This document shows, piece by piece, positions 4,439 through 8,243 of a stretch of 8,243 nucleotides of DNA. Source of the DNA: a virus (taxonomy: Duplodnaviria > Heunggongvirae > Uroviricota > Caudoviricetes); IMG/VR virus record IMGVR_UViG_2778261464_000003, positions 1 through 8,243 of that record; one strand, 5' to 3'. A program made the position numbers and the translations under genes. Below the pieces are notes generated by a model. The model ran no database searches. It saw only the letters and a list, made by a program, of their open reading frames with translations, and had not been told where the DNA came from. Each line of letters opens with the position of its first letter. Position 1 is the first letter of the stretch.

Positions 4439-5246
4439 GTTAGCTGATTACAGGCCTCAACTTGAGGTCGTGGAGCATCGCGTGGCAGATACCGAAGATG
4501 GTTTCATGCGCGTTGCTAACGAGATTACCGACAGTCTGCTGATGGCTGATTTAACCGTCCGGCAGTTGAAGGTGATGCTCGCTATCATGCGCAAGACATA
4601 CGGATTCAATAAGCCGATGGATCGACTCACAAACACGCAGATAGCAGCCATGACAGGTATTCATCACACTCATGTTTGCGCTGCCAAGCGCCAGCTTATC
4701 GAGCGTAAATTCCTCATTGCTGATGGCGTGAAAATCGGAGTGAACAAGGTGGTTTCGCAGTGGATTAGCCAGGACAGCTTAACATTAGCTAAAACAGCTA
4801 ATAAAACATTAGCCAAGTCGGCTAATGGGTATAAGCCAAGTCAGCTAAACACAAAAGACAATATACAAAAGACAATAAATACAAATACCCCCTTACCCCC
4901 TAACGGGGGCGGCGATGGGCAGGTTAAACCTGAACGTCGCAAGGCAGAACGAATCGACTACGAATCCTTCCTGAACGCCTACAACACCGAAGTCGGTGAC
5001 AGACTGCCACACGCTGTTGCGGTCAACGAGAAACGCAAACGCCGCCTGAAGAAAATCATCCCGCAACTGAAAACGCCAAACGTGGACGGTTTCAGAGCGT
5101 ATGTCAGGGCGTTTGTGCATCAGGCCAAGCCGTTTTACTTCGGAGACAACGACACGGGCTGGACAGCTGATTTTGATTACCTGCTGAGGGAAGATTCGTT
5201 AACGGGAGTACGGGAAGGGAAGTTTGCAGACAGGGGGATTGCATGA
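4425..5246 (+). CDS. O: Replication initiator, lambda O / P22 gene 18 family, 273 aa
   Basis: The N-terminal domain ([15 protein letters not shown]...[38 protein letters not shown]) closely matches the lambda O N-terminal domain as recalled (NVADLDDGYARLSN...ADLTKRQFKVLLAILRKTYGWNKPMDRITDSQLSEIT). RBS AGGAGTG upstream; internal iterons and AT-rich region; stop overlaps the helicase start. Confidence 0.9.
   Translation: MGVVKLADYRPQLEVVEHRVADTEDGFMRVANEITDSLLMADLTVRQLKVMLAIMRKTYGFNKPMDRLTNTQIAAMTGIHHTHVCAAKRQLIERKFLIADGVKIGVNKVVSQWISQDSLTLAKTANKTLAKSANGYKPSQLNTKDNIQKTINTNTPLPPNGGGDGQVKPERRKAERIDYESFLNAYNTEVGDRLPHAVAVNEKRKRRLKKIIPQLKTPNVDGFRAYVRAFVHQAKPFYFGDNDTGWTADFDYLLREDSLTGVREGKFADRGIA
4764..4890. 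repeat. Origin-like region inside O: four ~18-25-bp iterons (4764-4850) followed by an AT-rich stretch (4851-4890)
   Basis: Direct repeats with the core TTAGC(C/T)A..(G/A)(T/A)C.GCT(A/T)A: ATTAGCCAGGACAGCTTAAC, ATTAGCTAAAACAGCTAAT, ATTAGCCAAGTCGGCTAAT, AAGCCAAGTCAGCTAAAC, each internally dyad-symmetric. Then ACAAAAGACAATATACAAAAGACAATAAATACAAATA and a GC hairpin CCCCC-TAAC-GGGGG (4896-4909). Same layout as ori-lambda within the O linker. Confidence 0.6.
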
Positions 5247-6619
5247 GACAGGATATCGAAGCGAGCGTTATCGGTGGCCTGCTGATTGGTGGATTAACAC
5301 CAACCGCCAGCGACGTTCTGGCAACGCTGGAGCCGGAAGCGTTTTCAATTCCGCTCTACCGGAAAGCCTTCGAGGTTATCCGCAAGCAGGCGAGAAACAG
5401 AAACCTAATCGATGCGCTGATGGTTGCCGAGGCGTGCGGAGAGGAGCATTTCACGTCAATCCTGATGACCAGCAAAAACTGCCCGAGTGCCACAAACCTG
5501 AAGGGATATGCCGGAATGGTCGCGGATAACTATCACCGCCGTCTGGTGCTGGAAATCATGGATGAAATGCGTGAACCAATTCAGAGCGGAACCATCGACG
5601 CATCGAGTCAGGCGATGGATGAGCTTGTAAAGCGTCTTTCAGCCATCAGAAAGCCCCGTGACGAGGTTAAACCTGTACGGTTAGGGGAAATCATTACTGA
5701 CTACACTGACACGCTTGACAGGCGTCTGAGGAACGGAGAAGAGTCCGATACCCTGAAGACCGGAATCGAAGAACTTGATGCCATCACCGGAGGGATGAAC
5801 GCGGAAGACCTGGTGATAATCGCTGCTCGTCCTGGTATGGGGAAAACCGAACTGGCGCTGAAGATTGCCGAAGGCGTTGCAAGCCGCGTTATTCCTGGTT
5901 CTGACGTCCGGCGCGGGGTATTGATTTTCTCAATGGAAATGAGCGCATTGCAGATTGCAGAGCGAAGCATTGCCAACGCCGGGAGGATGTCGGTTAGTGT
6001 GCTGCGAAATCCTGCAGCGATGGATGACGAAGGCTGGGCGCGCGTTGCTAACGGCATGAGTCAGCTTGCAGATTTGGATGTATGGGTAGTCGATGCCTCG
6101 CGGTTATCGGTCGAAGAAATACGCTCAATCGCAGAACGGCACAAACAGGAAAATCCAAACCTCTCACTCATCATGGTGGATTATCTTGGCCTGATTGAGA
6201 AGCCGAAAGCAGACCGCAACGACCTCGCAATTGCTCACATCTCCGGAAGCCTGAAGGCGATGGCGAAAGACCTGAAAACGCCCGTTATCTCCCTGAGTCA
6301 GCTTTCGCGCGATGTTGAGAAGCGACCAAACAAACGCCCGACAAACGCAGATTTGCGTGATTCAGGAAGCATTGAACAGGACGCAGACTCAATCATCATG
6401 CTCTATCGGGAAGCGGTATATGACGAGAACAGTAGCGCCGCGCCATTTGCTGAAATCATCGTAACGAAAAACCGTTTTGGCTCGCTTGGTACGGTTTACC
6501 AGCGGTTCTGCAACGGACACTTTGTTGCATGTGACCAGGATGAAGCCAGACAGATTTGCACAACATCAAATGCACCTGCTGCACGTGGCAGACGATATGC
6601 ACAAGGGGCTGACGTATGA
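5243..6619 (+). CDS. DnaB-family replicative helicase (P22 gene 12 type), 458 aa
   Basis: Walker [10 protein letters not shown], DnaB-like motifs [45 protein letters not shown] overlap with the O stop. The length equals what I recall for P22 gp12. Confidence 0.9.
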   Translation: MRQDIEASVIGGLLIGGLTPTASDVLATLEPEAFSIPLYRKAFEVIRKQARNRNLIDALMVAEACGEEHFTSILMTSKNCPSATNLKGYAGMVADNYHRRLVLEIMDEMREPIQSGTIDASSQAMDELVKRLSAIRKPRDEVKPVRLGEIITDYTDTLDRRLRNGEESDTLKTGIEELDAITGGMNAEDLVIIAARPGMGKTELALKIAEGVASRVIPGSDVRRGVLIFSMEMSALQIAERSIANAGRMSVSVLRNPAAMDDEGWARVANGMSQLADLDVWVVDASRLSVEEIRSIAERHKQENPNLSLIMVDYLGLIEKPKADRNDLAIAHISGSLKAMAKDLKTPVISLSQLSRDVEKRPNKRPTNADLRDSGSIEQDADSIIMLYREAVYDENSSAAPFAEIIVTKNRFGSLGTVYQRFCNGHFVACDQDEARQICTTSNAPAARGRRYAQGADV

Positions 6620-6644
6620 CCATCTACATCACTGAGCTTGTAAC

Positions 6645-6676
6645 AGGCCTGCTGGTAATCGCAGGCCTTTTTATTT
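6645..6676 (+). terminator. Intrinsic terminator (tR2-like) between the helicase and ninB
   Basis: Perfect 8-bp stem AGGCCTGC (6645-6652) / GCAGGCCT (6661-6668), 8-nt loop, followed by TTTTATTT (6669-6676). Confidence 0.6.
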
Positions 6677-6692
6677 GGGGGAGAGGGAAGTC

Positions 6693-7133
6693 ATGAAAAA
6701 ACTAACCTTTGAAATTCGATCTCCAGCACATCAGCAAAACGCTATTCACGCGGTACAGCAAATTCTTCCAGACCCAACCAAACCAATCGTAGTAACCATT
6801 CAGGAGCGCAACCGCAGCTTAGACCAAAATCGGAAGCTTTGGGCTTGCCTTGGTGACGTTTCGCGTCAGGTTGAATGGCATGGTCGCTGGCTGGATGCAG
6901 AAAGCTGGAAGTGTGTGTTTACCGCAGCATTAAAGCAGCAGGACGTTGTTCCTAACCTTGCCGGGAATGGCTTTGTGGTAATAGGCCAGTCAACCAGCAG
7001 GATGCGTGTAAGCGAATTTGCGGAGCTATTAGAGCTTATACAGGCATTCGGTACAGAGCGTGGCGTTAAGTGGTCAGACGAAGCGCGACTAGCTCTCGAA
7101 TGGAAAGCGCGATGGGGAGATCGGGCTGCATGA
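6693..7133 (+). CDS. ninB: NinB (Orf-family recombination protein), 146 aa
   Basis: The protein from MKKLTFEIRSPAHQQNAIHAVQQILPDPTKPIVVTIQERNRSLDQNRKLWACLGD... matches lambda NinB almost residue for residue as recalled. RBS GGGAGAGGGAAG upstream of the ATG at 6693; the track start at 6675 is an extension. Confidence 0.9.
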   Translation: MKKLTFEIRSPAHQQNAIHAVQQILPDPTKPIVVTIQERNRSLDQNRKLWACLGDVSRQVEWHGRWLDAESWKCVFTAALKQQDVVPNLAGNGFVVIGQSTSRMRVSEFAELLELIQAFGTERGVKWSDEARLALEWKARWGDRAA

Positions 7134-7657
7134 CTATCAAATCAAATACGGCAGCACACGACAAGGACTGCTGGCAAACGCCGCTTTGGCTTTTTGATGC
7201 ACTGGATATTGAGTTTGGATTCTGGCTGGATTCGGCAGCGAGCGACAAAAATGCTCTGTGCGCTCACTGGCTAACTGAGGCCGACGACGCACTCAATTCT
7301 GAGTGGATAAGCCACGGTGCAATCTGGAATAACCCACCGTACAGCAATATCAGGCCGTGGGTGGAAAAAGCCGCTGAGCAGTGCATACAACAGCGACAGA
7401 CGGTAGTTATGCTTGTGCCAGAGGATATGTCAGTCGGATGGTTCAGCAAGGCTCTGGAGAGTGTCGACGAAGTTCGCATTATCACTGATGGACGGATTAA
7501 TTTTATCGAACCATCGACAGGGCTGGAGAAGAAGGGAAACAGCAAAGGCTCCATGCTGCTGATTTGGCGACCGTTCATCAGTCCTCGACGGATGTTTACT
7601 ACCGTATCCAAAGCGGCATTGATGGCGATCGGGCAGGGCGTCAGGAGGGCGGCATGA
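7130..7657 (+). CDS. Phage Dam-type DNA N6-adenine methyltransferase, 175 aa
   Basis: Start MTIKSNT at 7130 (ATGA overlap with the ninB stop). Motifs [25 protein letters not shown] and IWNNPPYS (NPPY catalytic motif) are typical of the small phage Dam family. The track start at 7070 is an in-frame extension inside ninB. Confidence 0.75.
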   Translation: MTIKSNTAAHDKDCWQTPLWLFDALDIEFGFWLDSAASDKNALCAHWLTEADDALNSEWISHGAIWNNPPYSNIRPWVEKAAEQCIQQRQTVVMLVPEDMSVGWFSKALESVDEVRIITDGRINFIEPSTGLEKKGNSKGSMLLIWRPFISPRRMFTTVSKAALMAIGQGVRRAA

Positions 7658-7830
7658 GGCGACAGCGACGAAGTTTCACCGACATCATCTGCGAAAACTG
7701 CAAATACCTTCCAACGAAACGCTCCAGAAATAAACGCAAGCCAATCCCAAAAGAATCTGACGTAAAAACCTTCAATTACACAGCTCACCTGTGGGATATC
7801 CGGTGGCTAAGATATCGTGCGAGGAAATGA
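7654..7830 (+). CDS. ninE: NinE-family protein, 58 aa
   Basis: [58 protein letters not shown] matches lambda/P22 NinE as recalled. RBS AGGAGGG at 7643-7649; ATGA overlap with the methyltransferase stop. The track start at 7564 is an extension. Confidence 0.75.
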   Translation: MRRQRRSFTDIICENCKYLPTKRSRNKRKPIPKESDVKTFNYTAHLWDIRWLRYRARK

Positions 7831-8174
7831 CAATGGATTATTCACAGTTAAGTGATTTTGAAATTAACAGAATGGTAGGAGACATAATTTTTAAAGGCCT
7901 TTGGGCAAGTAAACCGGAAACATCAGGGAATAACACCAACAAATGGTATTACGGAAATGCTGATACAACTTTTGAGCCATTAAATCATTTTCCTGACTAC
8001 TGCAATGATCCGAGCGCTTCATGGCCGATTATTGAGAAATACAGGATTTCTATCTTAGACCAGTTAACTGAATGGTGTGTGGATGCAAAAGGCGTAAGCC
8101 CAATATTTGATACCAGACCTCTCCGCGCCGCCATGATTGTCTTTCTCCTGATGCAGGAGGCCAATAATGCTTAG
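7827..8174 (+). CDS. nin-region hypothetical protein (possibly NinX-like), about 115 aa
   Basis: ORF in the nin gene array between ninE and ninF. Start is either ATG 7827 (ATGA overlap with the ninE stop, like every other junction here) or ATG 7833 (better spacing from GAGGAA at 7821-7826). The NinX assignment is by position only. Confidence 0.6.
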   Translation: MTMDYSQLSDFEINRMVGDIIFKGLWASKPETSGNNTNKWYYGNADTTFEPLNHFPDYCNDPSASWPIIEKYRISILDQLTEWCVDAKGVSPIFDTRPLRAAMIVFLLMQEANNA

Positions 8175-8243
8175 CCCATCCCAAACCCTTCAATACCAGA
8201 AAGAAAGCGTCGAGCGAGCTTTAACGTGCGCTAACTGCGGTCA
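8167..8243 (+). CDS. ninF: NinF, N-terminal fragment (continues past the window end)
   Basis: [25 protein letters not shown] matches the lambda NinF N-terminus as recalled. RBS AGGAGG at 8155-8160. The ORF is still open at 8243. Confidence 0.75.
   Translation, partial: MLSPSQTLQYQKESVERALTCANCG

Noticed and set aside
4457-6057. ORFs at 4457-4651 (-), 4893-5120 (-), 5224-5529 (+) and 5701-6057 (-)
   Set aside because: All lie inside the O or helicase coding sequences in other frames or strands. GC-rich coding regions commonly produce such open frames.
7066-7788. - strand ORFs 7066-7248 (60 aa) and 7264-7788 (174 aa)
   Set aside because: Antisense to the ninB/methyltransferase/ninE array, which is supported by recognisable protein sequences and RBSs.
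1-8243. CRISPR array, tRNA/rRNA genes, integrase or att sites, insertion-sequence terminal inverted repeats
   Set aside because: No regularly spaced direct repeats, no cloverleaf-compatible segments, and no transposase- or integrase-like ORF were seen. The only repeat array is the ori iterons inside O.

Overview
This window reads as the early control and replication region of a lambdoid (lambda/P22-mosaic) enterobacterial prophage; no rRNA, tRNA or CRISPR is visible. Left to right: a 208-aa early-left gene of unknown function (99-722, -), an N-like antiterminator (784-1056, -) with nutL, pL/OL, a timm-like terminator, then a three-gene cassette (1491-2743, -) sitting between the pL region and cI where lambda carries rexA-rexB. 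This cassette (a 51-aa two-helix membrane peptide missed by the ORF track, an 88-aa soluble protein, and a 216-aa membrane-anchored coiled-coil protein) is the best candidate for an undescribed accessory/exclusion system. To its right are a mosaic cI repressor (lambda-type C-terminal domain, different N-terminal DNA-binding domain), OR/pR, cro, nutR, cII with a pRE-like element and an OOP-like antisense RNA, an extra 53-aa ORF, an O-like initiator with internal ori iterons, a DnaB-family helicase (P22 gene 12 type), an intrinsic terminator, then ninB, a phage Dam-type methyltransferase, ninE, a ninX-like ORF and the start of ninF. All homology calls are from recognising the translated sequences by eye; no database search was run.
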